Positions 8,348-18,595 of a DNA stretch of 54,732 nt are shown piece after piece (positions within the stretch are counted from its first letter, which is position 1; every line of letters begins with the position of its first letter). This DNA comes from an uncultured Lachnospiraceae bacterium. GTDB lineage: Bacteria > Bacillota > Clostridia > Lachnospirales > Lachnospiraceae. The notes under the pieces are model-generated. The model saw nothing but the letters and a program-made list of their open reading frames with translations, did not search any database and had not been told where the DNA came from. The DNA is taken from positions 1-54,732 of the forward strand of contig CAMVDF010000001.1 in NCBI GenBank assembly GCA_947166195.1, written 5' to 3'. Both the position numbers and the translations under genes were made by a program.

Positions 8348-11300
8348 ATGAGACAGAGTTTGATAAAAAGAAGAATAGCAAGGCTGATGGCTTTTGTTCT
8401 CATCTTTTTGATGATGGCACAGCCTTTTTCTGATGTTTATATATATGCGGATGAGGACACAGAGGATGCAGTCAGCGACATTCAGGATGAGACAGAAGAG
8501 AGTGCGAGAAAGGCAATAGAGAGAGACGATCAGATCGAAGAAGGAATTGAAGAATTTTCGGGCAATGAAGATATTGTAGATCATGCGGATCGAGAACACC
8601 TGGAGATTACTGAAGAAGCCGCCGGTGATGTAGAGGTTGAAGTCGAATTTAATCTAAATGGTGGTAGTTGGGATCGGGCAACTATTATTAGAATTCCGTC
8701 AGGAAATACCGTTACTGAACCGGATGATATACCTGTAAAAGACGGATTTGTTTTTTTTAGATGGAATGACTCCTTAGGAAATAAGTATAATTTCAATAAT
8801 CCTGTATATGGGCCGGAAAAAGTTATAATTACAGCATCATGGAAAGAAGCTGTAACTGTAACTTACAATTATAATGATGGCATCACATCTGCAAACAGAA
8901 TTAAAGTTGCTGTAGGTGAACCAATTCCCAAACCACAGGATCCCACGCGTTCCGGATTCAAATTCAAATATTGGTATTCAAACGATCCAAGTGCTGCGTA
9001 TGTATTTGGTAATGCTCAATCCGGAGTTGATGTTAACTTGACCGCAAAGTGGATAGAAGAATATACTGTTTCATTTGATGCAACCGGCGGTAAATCCTAT
9101 ATAAATAATGCCACTTTTGATGATGGTGTAACCACAGTTAAATCTTATCAATATGAAAAAGGTGATAGCATACTTTCTGCTCCGGATGATATTCCCAGAC
9201 GTGCCGGATATAAATTTTTGGGGTGGGACAAATATAAAGGGATAGAGGGAGAGATTCAAACTCCTGTTGTTTATCCTTATGTAGTTAATTCCGATGAAAT
9301 ATTTTATGCAAAATGGGAACCGTTAGTGTATACGGTATCTTATATCTCTTGTGGGAAGTTGGTGAAGACCATAACCCAAAACAGCCAACAATCATTTACG
9401 GCTCCTATTTTGCCTTCAAGAGAGGATGAGGGTTATGAATTTAAGAATTGGAGTGAAAATCCTGATGCGGCAGTTGGCGACAAAAGCGGCAGTTGGTTTG
9501 TAGACAACAATAAAATCTACTATGCTATTTGGAAATTGATATACCATGAAGTCAGGTTTGCTTCAAATGTTCATAATAAATATATTGATCCGATTACTGT
9601 ATCGCACAATTCATTGATCAAGGCGCCTACAAAATTCAGTAACGGAAGTGATATAGAGAATACAGGATATGTAATTGAAGGATGGTATACTGATAACAAT
9701 GTTTTCAGTAATAAATGGGACTTTGAAAATGATAAGGTTTCACAAGATGGTATAGTTTTATATCCTCATTGGGTAGATAAATATTTAAAGATTTCATTTG
9801 ATACCAGAGGTGGTACACCTGCTGCAATTGCATCCCAGAATGTCATTTATAATGGTCATGTTGAAAGACCTGACGATCCATCCAAAGATAACTTTGTTTT
9901 TGGAGGATGGTATAGCGATTATTTGCTGACTGATGAATTTGATTTTAACAGCCCGGTAAAAGAAGATATCACGCTTCATGCAAAATGGAATCCTGCCGTA
10001 TGGGTAGAACTATATGGAGATGGCGGCAAATTTACAAGTACCGGGACGGACGAAAAAAAATCATGGGTGCAAACAGGATCCAGTATTGATAAATTGGAGC
10101 ATCCCCAAAGGGATGGTCACACATTTGACAAATGGACGCTTTCTGACGGATCTTTACCGAAAACAATTATATCAGAAAATGTCTCTTTGCATGCAAATTG
10201 GAATATTAATTATTACGATGTAACATTTGTGACAAACGATGGAAGTAATGTACCGTCTCAAAATGTAATATACGGAGGAAAAATAACTAAACCTGATGAT
10301 CCGGAAAAAACAGGCTATAATTTTTCCGGTTGGTTTTCAGATCCTGAATTAAATACAATTTGGGATTTTGACAATGATGTTGTTGAAGATACAACAACCC
10401 TATATGCAAAATGGGTTGAAAAAACCTATCGTGTAAGTTTTAACTTAATGGAGGCCGGCACAGAGGGGACTTCTGTCAGTTATCTGTCTGTTTCATACAA
10501 TCATACATTCAATAAATCAGATATAAATGCAGTATGGCTCGGGCATGAAGTTTCAAAATGGTATAAGGATAAAAAAAGAAGTATTGAATGGGATTTCGAA
10601 AAAGATGTCGTAACGGGAGATACAATTCTTTACGCAAATTGGGTCGCAAAAGAGTATACTGTTACATTCAAATACAATGATGATGGCGAAACCGCAGATT
10701 ATAAGAAAAAAGTATATTATGGCGGAAAAATCATTCCACCTGCCGATCCCTCAAGGGAAGGTTATTCATTTAAAGGGTGGAAAGACGAACTTGGTATTTT
10801 TGTATCCGATTTTAAGCAAATTACAGTAACAGATAACAGAGTCTTTTCAGCTGATTGGGAAGAAAAATCAGCTATCTCCGTTATAGCATATTCAAAAGGG
10901 AACGGAAAGATAACTCCTGCCGGAAGCAATATAAAGATTCCTTGGGGTGGAAGCAGAGTTTTTACATTAGAACCGGATGATGGTTATCAGATTGAATCTC
11001 TTTCAGATAATGGAAAAGAAGTATCCGTTATTGATAACAAATATACGCTTGAAAATGTTAAGGAGACACACACCTTAATAGCTTCATTCTCCAAAAAACC
11101 GGATATCAAACCGACAAAATATATTATTTCTGCATCTTGTGCCGATTCAAACGGTAAAATATCTCCAAGTGGGAAAGTTTCTGTATTAGAAGGTGATGAT
11201 CGTGCGTTTCAGATCACACCTAATTCAGGATTTGAAGTCGATAAAGTCCTTTTGGACGGAAAGAGTATTGAGGTTTCAGAAAATTATTTAGTAATTACCA

Positions 11301-12820
11301 ATGTCCGTTCAAATCATATACTTGTTGTTTATTTTAAAAAGTTATCTGATAAACCGATTGTTCCTGAAGGATATGCACTGGTAGAATTCATTGTTGATAA
11401 TGAGTCATATAACACAGAAATAGTCAGTCTTGGACAGATTGTTAAAAGACCTGCGGATCCTGAAAAGAGTGGACTTATTTTCATGGGTTGGTATGACGGA
11501 AACTGGAAATGGAACTTCTCAGATCCTGTTGAAAAAGATCTGACACTTGTTGCCAGATTCATTTCACAGACCGTATCAAAGGATGATGTACATTCCGGCA
11601 TGGATAGACTCATGGATCTGTCCGATCCGGACAATATTACCATGGTAAAGGGGCAATCCTATGATTTCGGAAAGGGCACCTGGAGTTCTTCAAACAAACA
11701 GGTGATAACTGTAAAAAAATCAACAGGTGTTGCCAAGGCAAAGAGTCCTTCAAATGTTCCGGTGACTCTTACCAATACAGCTGTTAATCCGAATGTACAG
11801 TATAAAATAAAGGTTGTTGCCCCCGAACTTTCTGCCAAGAAACTGACCATGGGTGTAGGCAGTACTACAAAGATCAGCGTTCTTTATTCCGGAGGACTGA
11901 ATATCGCCTGGACTTCATCAAATCCTAAAGTGGCTTCTGTTGAAGAAGGCAGGATCACAACGATAGCCAAAGGAAAGACAAATATAAATGCATATCTTAA
12001 CGGAATGAAGTATACCTGCAAAGTGACGGTTTCCGATAAATATACGGCTCCTTCATCATTTGATGATGTATATGCATTCACTCTGAGGCCTGCCCAGACG
12101 CTTGATCTCAAAAAAATAGCGGTTGAAGGCGTCAAACCCAATAAACTTGACTGGCGCTTAAGTGATGAAAGCGGAACAAAAGATATGGACAAGTCAGGGT
12201 GGCTTGCATGGGATGACGGCGTAGTCAGGGTTAATGTTAACGGAAAACTCAAAGCAAAAAGCTGCGGTACCTCTACTCTCATAGGTAAGAGAGGAGATAC
12301 CCGGGTAAAGACGATAAAGGTAACTGTTGATACCATACCGTCAAAAACAGAAACCTATATAAATGTCGGAAAAAATGAAAAATTGAAGTATTTTAAGGTA
12401 AATAACAAAAAAGCTCAATGGAGTGCCACAAATGAAGGAACCATTGTACTTTTAGGATCCACCGGTAAGACAATGGGAACAGTATATGGTCTCAATGTGG
12501 GATCATCTGTTGTTTCGTGTTCCTATAACGGCATGGAATACAGCACCAAAGTACATGTGGAAGACCCGGATCTGTCCACGGAGGATTCAAGGCTTGGAAG
12601 GACCGGCAATAATGAGTATCTCCTGACTCTCAAGACAGGCACCAGGTTTGTTATCGATCTTCCGGATGTTTCACAGCACATTGCATGGAAGAGCAAAGAT
12701 AAAAAAATTGCCTTTGTGGATGAAAACGGTATAATAGAAGGCAGGAAAACGGGTAAGACATATGTTTCCGCAAAAATAAACGGAACGAATGTAAAGATAA
12801 AAGTGTTTGTGACACAATAA
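8348..12820 (+). CDS. Large secreted surface protein: about 11 InlB B-repeats (Flg_new), 2 divergent repeats, C-terminal Big_2 Ig-like domains
   Basis: Signal peptide; repeated P-x-[KR]-x-G-Y-x-F-x-G-W...LYAKW units; WTSSNPKVASV and WKSKDKKIAFVD Big_2 motifs; start after GAGGTG; no catalytic domain or sortase motif seen. Confidence 0.85.
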   Translation: MRQSLIKRRIARLMAFVLIFLMMAQPFSDVYIYADEDTEDAVSDIQDETEESARKAIERDDQIEEGIEEFSGNEDIVDHADREHLEITEEAAGDVEVEVEFNLNGGSWDRATIIRIPSGNTVTEPDDIPVKDGFVFFRWNDSLGNKYNFNNPVYGPEKVIITASWKEAVTVTYNYNDGITSANRIKVAVGEPIPKPQDPTRSGFKFKYWYSNDPSAAYVFGNAQSGVDVNLTAKWIEEYTVSFDATGGKSYINNATFDDGVTTVKSYQYEKGDSILSAPDDIPRRAGYKFLGWDKYKGIEGEIQTPVVYPYVVNSDEIFYAKWEPLVYTVSYISCGKLVKTITQNSQQSFTAPILPSREDEGYEFKNWSENPDAAVGDKSGSWFVDNNKIYYAIWKLIYHEVRFASNVHNKYIDPITVSHNSLIKAPTKFSNGSDIENTGYVIEGWYTDNNVFSNKWDFENDKVSQDGIVLYPHWVDKYLKISFDTRGGTPAAIASQNVIYNGHVERPDDPSKDNFVFGGWYSDYLLTDEFDFNSPVKEDITLHAKWNPAVWVELYGDGGKFTSTGTDEKKSWVQTGSSIDKLEHPQRDGHTFDKWTLSDGSLPKTIISENVSLHANWNINYYDVTFVTNDGSNVPSQNVIYGGKITKPDDPEKTGYNFSGWFSDPELNTIWDFDNDVVEDTTTLYAKWVEKTYRVSFNLMEAGTEGTSVSYLSVSYNHTFNKSDINAVWLGHEVSKWYKDKKRSIEWDFEKDVVTGDTILYANWVAKEYTVTFKYNDDGETADYKKKVYYGGKIIPPADPSREGYSFKGWKDELGIFVSDFKQITVTDNRVFSADWEEKSAISVIAYSKGNGKITPAGSNIKIPWGGSRVFTLEPDDGYQIESLSDNGKEVSVIDNKYTLENVKETHTLIASFSKKPDIKPTKYIISASCADSNGKISPSGKVSVLEGDDRAFQITPNSGFEVDKVLLDGKSIEVSENYLVITNVRSNHILVVYFKKLSDKPIVPEGYALVEFIVDNESYNTEIVSLGQIVKRPADPEKSGLIFMGWYDGNWKWNFSDPVEKDLTLVARFISQTVSKDDVHSGMDRLMDLSDPDNITMVKGQSYDFGKGTWSSSNKQVITVKKSTGVAKAKSPSNVPVTLTNTAVNPNVQYKIKVVAPELSAKKLTMGVGSTTKISVLYSGGLNIAWTSSNPKVASVEEGRITTIAKGKTNINAYLNGMKYTCKVTVSDKYTAPSSFDDVYAFTLRPAQTLDLKKIAVEGVKPNKLDWRLSDESGTKDMDKSGWLAWDDGVVRVNVNGKLKAKSCGTSTLIGKRGDTRVKTIKVTVDTIPSKTETYINVGKNEKLKYFKVNNKKAQWSATNEGTIVLLGSTGKTMGTVYGLNVGSSVVSCSYNGMEYSTKVHVEDPDLSTEDSRLGRTGNNEYLLTLKTGTRFVIDLPDVSQHIAWKSKDKKIAFVDENGIIEGRKTGKTYVSAKINGTNVKIKVFVTQ

Positions 12821-12856
12821 GATTATTAAACCTTTAGGGTTTGGAGGAATGACAGG

Positions 12857-15800
12857 ATGGCAGCAAAAAAGAATACAACAAAAAAGAAAATGAGCAGAAG
12901 ATACTTAACACGTGCCGCGCGAAGAACTATAGCAGCACTTCTTATGGTGTCTGCACTCATAGTTGCTGCCATACCGGCGACGCCTTCAAGAGCTGCTGAA
13001 GATGCATCTGAATTGGATGGTGAAGAGAATGCTGGTGCTTATCTTGATCCAATTACTGTAAATGATTATACCTTTACTTTTGAAGCTTCAACGAAACCTA
13101 ATGAATTAATACTGGCCAAATGTGAAAAAACCGGTCTTGGAAAAATAACTGATGTTGAAATTCCAAGCCCCGTCGTTTTTCCTGGTGATGGCACAGAATA
13201 TTATTGTACATCTATTAAAAATATCAGTATATTTTCTAATTTTGACAGTGATATTATTGAAACATTTGTGGCACCAGATGTAAAAGAAGTGGGAGGTGAT
13301 TCGTTTAAGAATTTCACTCATGTAAAAAAATATGAAGGAAGAAGCACAGTTAAAATCGACTCGGGTGCATTTCAGAATTGTACATCTTTGGAGGGTTGTA
13401 TTTTAGCTGACGAAGTGGATTTAATAGGTCAGGATGCATTTTCCGGTTGCACAAGTTTGGAGGATTTTCCCTGTGATACCGGGAATGATGCTCACCCTGT
13501 TAGGCGTATAGGTGACAGAGCATTTTCCAATTGTACTAATATGGAAACTGTCCATATACGCAGTGTTGCAGGTGAAAGTGCTGGTTGGTTTGGTAATAAT
13601 GTATTCTCAGGCTGTACAAGTCTTAAAGAAGTATTTGTTTTGGGTGAATGCATCTCAATGGGAAAGAACACTTTCTCAGGGTGCTCCAACCTGGAACATG
13701 TTACTTTTGATGCGGATTGTGGATTGACTAAATTAGAATCCGGTTTTTTTGCCGGTTGTGAAAATCTTGCATATTTCAATGTTCCCGGTACCGTAAATGA
13801 ATTAGGCGCCAATCTTTTCGAAGATTGTATTGCTCTACAATACATTGATCTGACAAATGGTGTTACAGAAGAGGAAAAGGATTCAAAACCCGAATCCGAA
13901 AGATATAATGTAAAAATCGGAAAATTAAATAATGAATCCGGTGTACCCTGGTCGATTTTACCTAAAAATGTAGATGATGAGGGGAGAGATTTTGAGATTA
14001 AGGGGTATAGAAATACATATGTACCGGGTTTAGAAAAAACTTCAGCTTATCAGTTTTGTTTGGAAAATGGATATTGTTATGAATGCAAAGATGCCCCGAA
14101 TGGCTGGGTTAAAAAGTATATGGATGTTGATTCGTCCGGAACACTGTTAGATTGTGATGTAGATGGATATTTTAATTCGGGATATGCTGAAATCGGCGTT
14201 GTTACAATACCTGAAGATGTAAAAACAATCGGTGGTGGTGCATTTGATAGTGACACTAACGGAAAAATACAAAAAATAATTATTAATACAGATAGCGTTA
14301 CAAATATAAGTGCGGGAGCATTTAATAATCTGACCGGCTTGAAGTGTGTAGAAATGCCGGATAATAACAGCATTACGATAGACACATCAGGTCCTGTGTT
14401 TCCCAACCGTTTAGATTTCTATATAAAGGGAGATTTAAGATGTAATACTACAAACAGTGGACCCAATGCTTATGAATATGCACTTATGGAAGATGATAAT
14501 CACCATCCGATCGAATTCCATGGAAATGGCAAATATGGTGATAGCGGATCAGATGTAGAATTAGCTGTTAACGAGATTTATTCAGGAACCGACGGAAAAT
14601 ACCACGGAAAAGGAAAAGAACTTTTCGCAATTGTTGAAGGAGGCGTAAAGAAAACAGGTATTGCCGGTGGTGATTCCAGCATGGATATTGGAGCCTCTCA
14701 AATCAACCTTCCTTCAGGTGTTGAATCAATAAGAGATACTTTATTTCAAAGTGATACCAATCTTACCAGTTTTTCTGCAGAAGGATTAACTACACTTGAA
14801 GATATACAATTTTCAAATTGTAGTAATCTGCAGAATGTTTTTCTGCCTTCAACACTATGGAAAGTCGGGAGACAGCCGTTTTTAGGCTGCACTTCATTAT
14901 CGGCAGTTGATTCTATACAGATAACCGGAAATAACGCATATTGTTATGTAGATGATTATGGTGTTTTCTATGCTCCGATTTCTACATACAGCCCAATATC
15001 AGTTAGTAATTTTTCCGGAGGAATGACTGCTTGCCGACTGGTACAAATGCCTCCAAATAATCCCACAGAATATTACTCAATAGTAAATGTAAATGGTTTA
15101 CCTGTAAAAGAAATTGAAAAGGGTGCATTTGAACAATGTCAAAATTTGCTTTCTTTCAATTCGGAAAATACAGAGATTGATGAAATACCTGATAACTGCT
15201 TTAAAAATGCAAAAAAACTACAGACAATAACACTGGGAGCAGAAACAGGTGGCATTATAGGAGCCGGTGCTTTTAAAGGCTTGGGACATTCTTCCGCTAA
15301 TAAAACTCCTCTTATAGTTGTATGGAATCCTGTTGCCGGTTTTTCATGGGTAAATCGTAATGATGTTTTTGATCATCATGATGACAGCAATGAACCATAT
15401 TATTTTCAAAGTACATCAGAAAAACAAAATACTACTTATACGCTTTGCAGTAAAAGTGATTCAGATAATCTGATATGGGATGGCATCATCAAAACCAAAC
15501 CCGGAGGAGGAATACCGTTATCATCTTGTAGTATTGTATATAAAAATCTCAAAACAGACAGCAAAGGAGAGTATGGACAAAAGGATTATGAAGCCGGAGT
15601 TCAGTGGATTCCCGGGGTGGATTTTGAATTAAGATATACAGATGAAAGCGGAAATACAAGAATACTTTCTCCTAATAAAGATTATGTAATGGATGATCCG
15701 GGAGATTTGGAGAATGGAGGCTCATATACTTTTACTCTGCACGCAGTCAATGACAGTGATTTTTCCGGTGACAAAAGGGGTGGCAGGTTTAAGATTGGCT

Positions 15801-17152
15801 CCGGCGGCTCCGGCGGCGGCTCCGGCGGCGGCTCCGGAACAGGTGGTGATCTTTATATTGAATTTCTGTATGATTGTCCCGGAGGATTTAAGTATACAGG
15901 CGAGATGATCACACCGAAGCTAAATGTGAGGAGCAAGGCAAATAACGATATCATTCTCGACAAGACCGAATACACTCTGGATGCAAGTGGCGACGCTGCT
16001 CATGATAACAGGAGTATGGGGGCAACTGGACTGGTAGTCGTACATGGTGTCGGTGAAAGATATTCGGGAAAAACCTGTTCCGGAAATTTTATGATCAAAA
16101 AGAGTGTAAAAGAGAACATATCCGGTGATCCCACACCTCCGGGCAAGACGATCGATCTGACCATATCCGGCGGTACTTATGACAGCAAGAATAACGTATC
16201 CGCCAATATTGTGCTCGTAGACCGTACTACCGGAAAGACACTTGTGGAAGGTGTCGACTATGCAGTCACCTGCACAAAGGTAAGCAAGAAGAAGCAGGCT
16301 ATAGCTACGATCACTGGTATGGGAGATTACTATTTTGACACCTATACCTCATCGAGATTTGCCATCAAGAAGCAATCGAGCTCCTCATCAAGCAGCTCCA
16401 GTTCTTCAAGCGGATCTTCGAGTAAATCGTCAAGCGGATCATCCAGCGGCTCGTCAAGCGGATCTTCAAGCAAGAGCTCATCGGGTTCTTCCTCGGGATC
16501 CAGTTCTTCTGCAGGATCAAACAGCAGCAGATCGAGTACCAGTACCTCCGGAGGATCTGCAACCAGGACCAGCGGCGGAGCAGTCAGACCTGCAACGGAT
16601 GATGAACTTTCAAACCTTCTTCGTGCCGCTCATATCGACAGCATCAACGGAGGAACGGCTGACGGTTACCAGGTTATCATCACAAGGTCCGATGAGGCGG
16701 AGAACAGCTTCCGTCAGGCGTTGATAAACAGATACGGATCACTTGACAATATCCGTTATTATTCCATGGATATATCCCTTCGGGATGAGAACGGAAATCC
16801 CGTGGATGCCACAGGTGTTACGGTCACCATGACGCTGCCTCTTCCTGATTCACTTGCGGGATATGGTGCAAACAACAGAATGGCTGCAGTGGATGCTACG
16901 GGAAATCTTGAGGATTTGAATACCCAGTACTCCATGCTTCAGGGCAGGGAATGTGCAACCTTTGTAGCACCGCACTTCTCACCCTATGGTTTCTATGTGG
17001 ATGTTTCAAACCTTGATTACGGTGTGATGGATGCGACTCCAAAGACCGGTGATCCGATCAGCCCGAAGTGGTTCATCAGTATCGGACTTGCGGCACTTTC
17101 GATCTTCCTGTTCCTCAAGAAAGATCCGAAACCCAAGGCTATGCCTGCATGA
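12857..17152 (+). CDS. Cell-wall-anchored BspA-type leucine-rich repeat (LRR_5) protein
   Basis: Basic N-region + signal peptide; repeated I-x-x-x-AF-x-x-C-x-x-L units; Ser-rich linker; TPKTG + hydrophobic helix + basic tail. Confidence 0.9.
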   Translation: MAAKKNTTKKKMSRRYLTRAARRTIAALLMVSALIVAAIPATPSRAAEDASELDGEENAGAYLDPITVNDYTFTFEASTKPNELILAKCEKTGLGKITDVEIPSPVVFPGDGTEYYCTSIKNISIFSNFDSDIIETFVAPDVKEVGGDSFKNFTHVKKYEGRSTVKIDSGAFQNCTSLEGCILADEVDLIGQDAFSGCTSLEDFPCDTGNDAHPVRRIGDRAFSNCTNMETVHIRSVAGESAGWFGNNVFSGCTSLKEVFVLGECISMGKNTFSGCSNLEHVTFDADCGLTKLESGFFAGCENLAYFNVPGTVNELGANLFEDCIALQYIDLTNGVTEEEKDSKPESERYNVKIGKLNNESGVPWSILPKNVDDEGRDFEIKGYRNTYVPGLEKTSAYQFCLENGYCYECKDAPNGWVKKYMDVDSSGTLLDCDVDGYFNSGYAEIGVVTIPEDVKTIGGGAFDSDTNGKIQKIIINTDSVTNISAGAFNNLTGLKCVEMPDNNSITIDTSGPVFPNRLDFYIKGDLRCNTTNSGPNAYEYALMEDDNHHPIEFHGNGKYGDSGSDVELAVNEIYSGTDGKYHGKGKELFAIVEGGVKKTGIAGGDSSMDIGASQINLPSGVESIRDTLFQSDTNLTSFSAEGLTTLEDIQFSNCSNLQNVFLPSTLWKVGRQPFLGCTSLSAVDSIQITGNNAYCYVDDYGVFYAPISTYSPISVSNFSGGMTACRLVQMPPNNPTEYYSIVNVNGLPVKEIEKGAFEQCQNLLSFNSENTEIDEIPDNCFKNAKKLQTITLGAETGGIIGAGAFKGLGHSSANKTPLIVVWNPVAGFSWVNRNDVFDHHDDSNEPYYFQSTSEKQNTTYTLCSKSDSDNLIWDGIIKTKPGGGIPLSSCSIVYKNLKTDSKGEYGQKDYEAGVQWIPGVDFELRYTDESGNTRILSPNKDYVMDDPGDLENGGSYTFTLHAVNDSDFSGDKRGGRFKIGSGGSGGGSGGGSGTGGDLYIEFLYDCPGGFKYTGEMITPKLNVRSKANNDIILDKTEYTLDASGDAAHDNRSMGATGLVVVHGVGERYSGKTCSGNFMIKKSVKENISGDPTPPGKTIDLTISGGTYDSKNNVSANIVLVDRTTGKTLVEGVDYAVTCTKVSKKKQAIATITGMGDYYFDTYTSSRFAIKKQSSSSSSSSSSSSGSSSKSSSGSSSGSSSGSSSKSSSGSSSGSSSSAGSNSSRSSTSTSGGSATRTSGGAVRPATDDELSNLLRAAHIDSINGGTADGYQVIITRSDEAENSFRQALINRYGSLDNIRYYSMDISLRDENGNPVDATGVTVTMTLPLPDSLAGYGANNRMAAVDATGNLEDLNTQYSMLQGRECATFVAPHFSPYGFYVDVSNLDYGVMDATPKTGDPISPKWFISIGLAALSIFLFLKKDPKPKAMPA
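15797..15838 (+). repeat. GC-rich tandem repeat encoding a Gly/Ser linker
   Basis: GGCTCCGGC-GGCTCCGGCGGC-GGCTCCGGCGGC-GGCTCCGGA. Confidence 0.9.
16376..16560 (+). repeat. Poly-serine low-complexity linker
   Basis: SSSSSSSSSSSSGSSSKSSSGSSSG... encoded with mixed Ser codons. Confidence 0.85.
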
Positions 17153-17165
17153 GAAATGTGTTGCT

Positions 17166-17273
17166 ATGAATAAAAAGACATATAATGCAGTAATTAGTGG
17201 TAATTCGGATAATAATATTGACTTTAATGATTATATAAATCTCGTTGAGGCTTTAGGGTTTATCTTGATGTGA
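17166..17273 (+). pseudogene. hicA: Truncated HicA-like toxin (35 aa N-terminal remnant)
   Basis: MNKKTYNAVISGNSDNNIDFNDYINLVEALGF resembles a HicA N-terminus; stops before the expected GSH motif; directly upstream of hicB. Confidence 0.65.
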
Positions 17274-17281
17274 GGTTATCT

Positions 17282-17491
17282 ATGAAGTATTCAATTGTCA
17301 TTTATTATGATTCAAAGGAGAGAATATATGTAGCAAGTGTGCCTGAACTGGATGGGTGTATGGCACATGGTAAAACACAGGAAGAGGCTCTTAGAGAAAT
17401 TCAATCTGCTTGCGAGCTGCAACTTGAGGTTATGCGTGATAATGGTGACCCTATTCCCGAACCCAGCGATATATTTCGTGTAGCAAAATAG
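17282..17491 (+). CDS. hicB: HicB-family antitoxin
   Basis: YVASVPELDGCMAHGKTQEEALREI...GDPIPEP; TGAGG RBS. Confidence 0.9.
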   Translation: MKYSIVIYYDSKERIYVASVPELDGCMAHGKTQEEALREIQSACELQLEVMRDNGDPIPEPSDIFRVAK

Positions 17492-17497
17492 GATCAT

Positions 17498-18595
17498 ATG
17501 AACAAAAAAATTCTGAAAACAGTATTTTTCTTGCTTTTAACGGCAGTACTTTCGGTACTGCCGTTAAAGTGCGTATATGCAGACGGCGTTCACAAGGAAG
17601 AATTCATGAACGATGATGCCATCATATCCGTCAGCATCGATCCGGATTTTACCTATGTCGGGAACCGCGCTTATTATGGATGTGTCAATCTGGAATCAGT
17701 CGTGATACCTGAGGGTGTGACAAGGATAGGAGAGAGTGCCTTTGCCATGTGCCCAAAGCTTTCTTATGTCCGCATCCCCTCAACAGTCAAAACCATCGAG
17801 CCCGGGGCCTTTGCCGGAGATACGGCCCTGTCAGGGCTTGATCTGTCTCCCTACAATGATGACTTTGTTTACAGCAACGGCGTACTTTATGATGATGAGG
17901 TCAAAAGGCTGGTCTCGTTCCTTCCCGGAAACGGCCGTGTGGTCTATCATATGCCCGATTCCGTGAAGACCATATACAATTATGCATTCTGGGGAAATCC
18001 GACTCTTGAAAAGGTTGTCTGTTCAAAACAGGTCACCACGATCTCTCCCTATGATTTCGCCTATTGCTCCGGACTGAAGTATGTCTATATGCCGTCGTTT
18101 ATCAGGTCGGTTCAGGAGTATGCATTCAGGGACTGCAAAAATCTGGAATATCTCTACTTCGGCTACAAAAATGTTGCCATAGATGATACCGCTTTTTATA
18201 ACTGCGGCGGTGATTATTCAACTGTCAGCGGGGCAAATGCAGACAGCTTCAATGCAAAGTTTGATTATGGTCCCGACCTTGATAAGGCCGAAGTTATACT
18301 GACATCCTCAGGCAGAGGAAAAAGCACCTCGGGAAATTCGGCCTCCGGAAACTCTGCCTCGGGCAATTCCGCATCGGGAAACTCTGCCTTATCAGGAAGC
18401 GGTTTCACATCGGGTTTGGGATCTCAACCCTCATCGGTCGGAAAGTGGGATCCTGACACCACGACCTATGTTACACGAAACCCGTATATCAAATCGGGTA
18501 TTGACAGACTATCAATGAGACTTCGCGGGCTCGGTATCAATCCGGAGTATAATATAAACAGATATTACGGCCCTTTGATAAATCTGCCTCAATAG
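17498..18595 (+). CDS. Secreted BspA-type LRR_5 protein
   Basis: Signal peptide; [19 protein letters not shown]-type repeats. Confidence 0.9.
   Translation: MNKKILKTVFFLLLTAVLSVLPLKCVYADGVHKEEFMNDDAIISVSIDPDFTYVGNRAYYGCVNLESVVIPEGVTRIGESAFAMCPKLSYVRIPSTVKTIEPGAFAGDTALSGLDLSPYNDDFVYSNGVLYDDEVKRLVSFLPGNGRVVYHMPDSVKTIYNYAFWGNPTLEKVVCSKQVTTISPYDFAYCSGLKYVYMPSFIRSVQEYAFRDCKNLEYLYFGYKNVAIDDTAFYNCGGDYSTVSGANADSFNAKFDYGPDLDKAEVILTSSGRGKSTSGNSASGNSASGNSASGNSALSGSGFTSGLGSQPSSVGKWDPDTTTYVTRNPYIKSGIDRLSMRLRGLGINPEYNINRYYGPLINLPQ
18329..18388 (+). repeat. Four tandem SGNSA pentapeptide repeats (15 bp, synonymously diverged)
   Basis: TCGGGAAATTCGGCC/TCCGGAAACTCTGCC/TCGGGCAATTCCGCA/TCGGGAAACTCTGCC. Confidence 0.85.

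Noticed and set aside
8620-11560. Repeats as a CRISPR array or DGR template/variable pair
   Set aside because: Repeats are protein-level and highly diverged in DNA; no reverse transcriptase or cas genes
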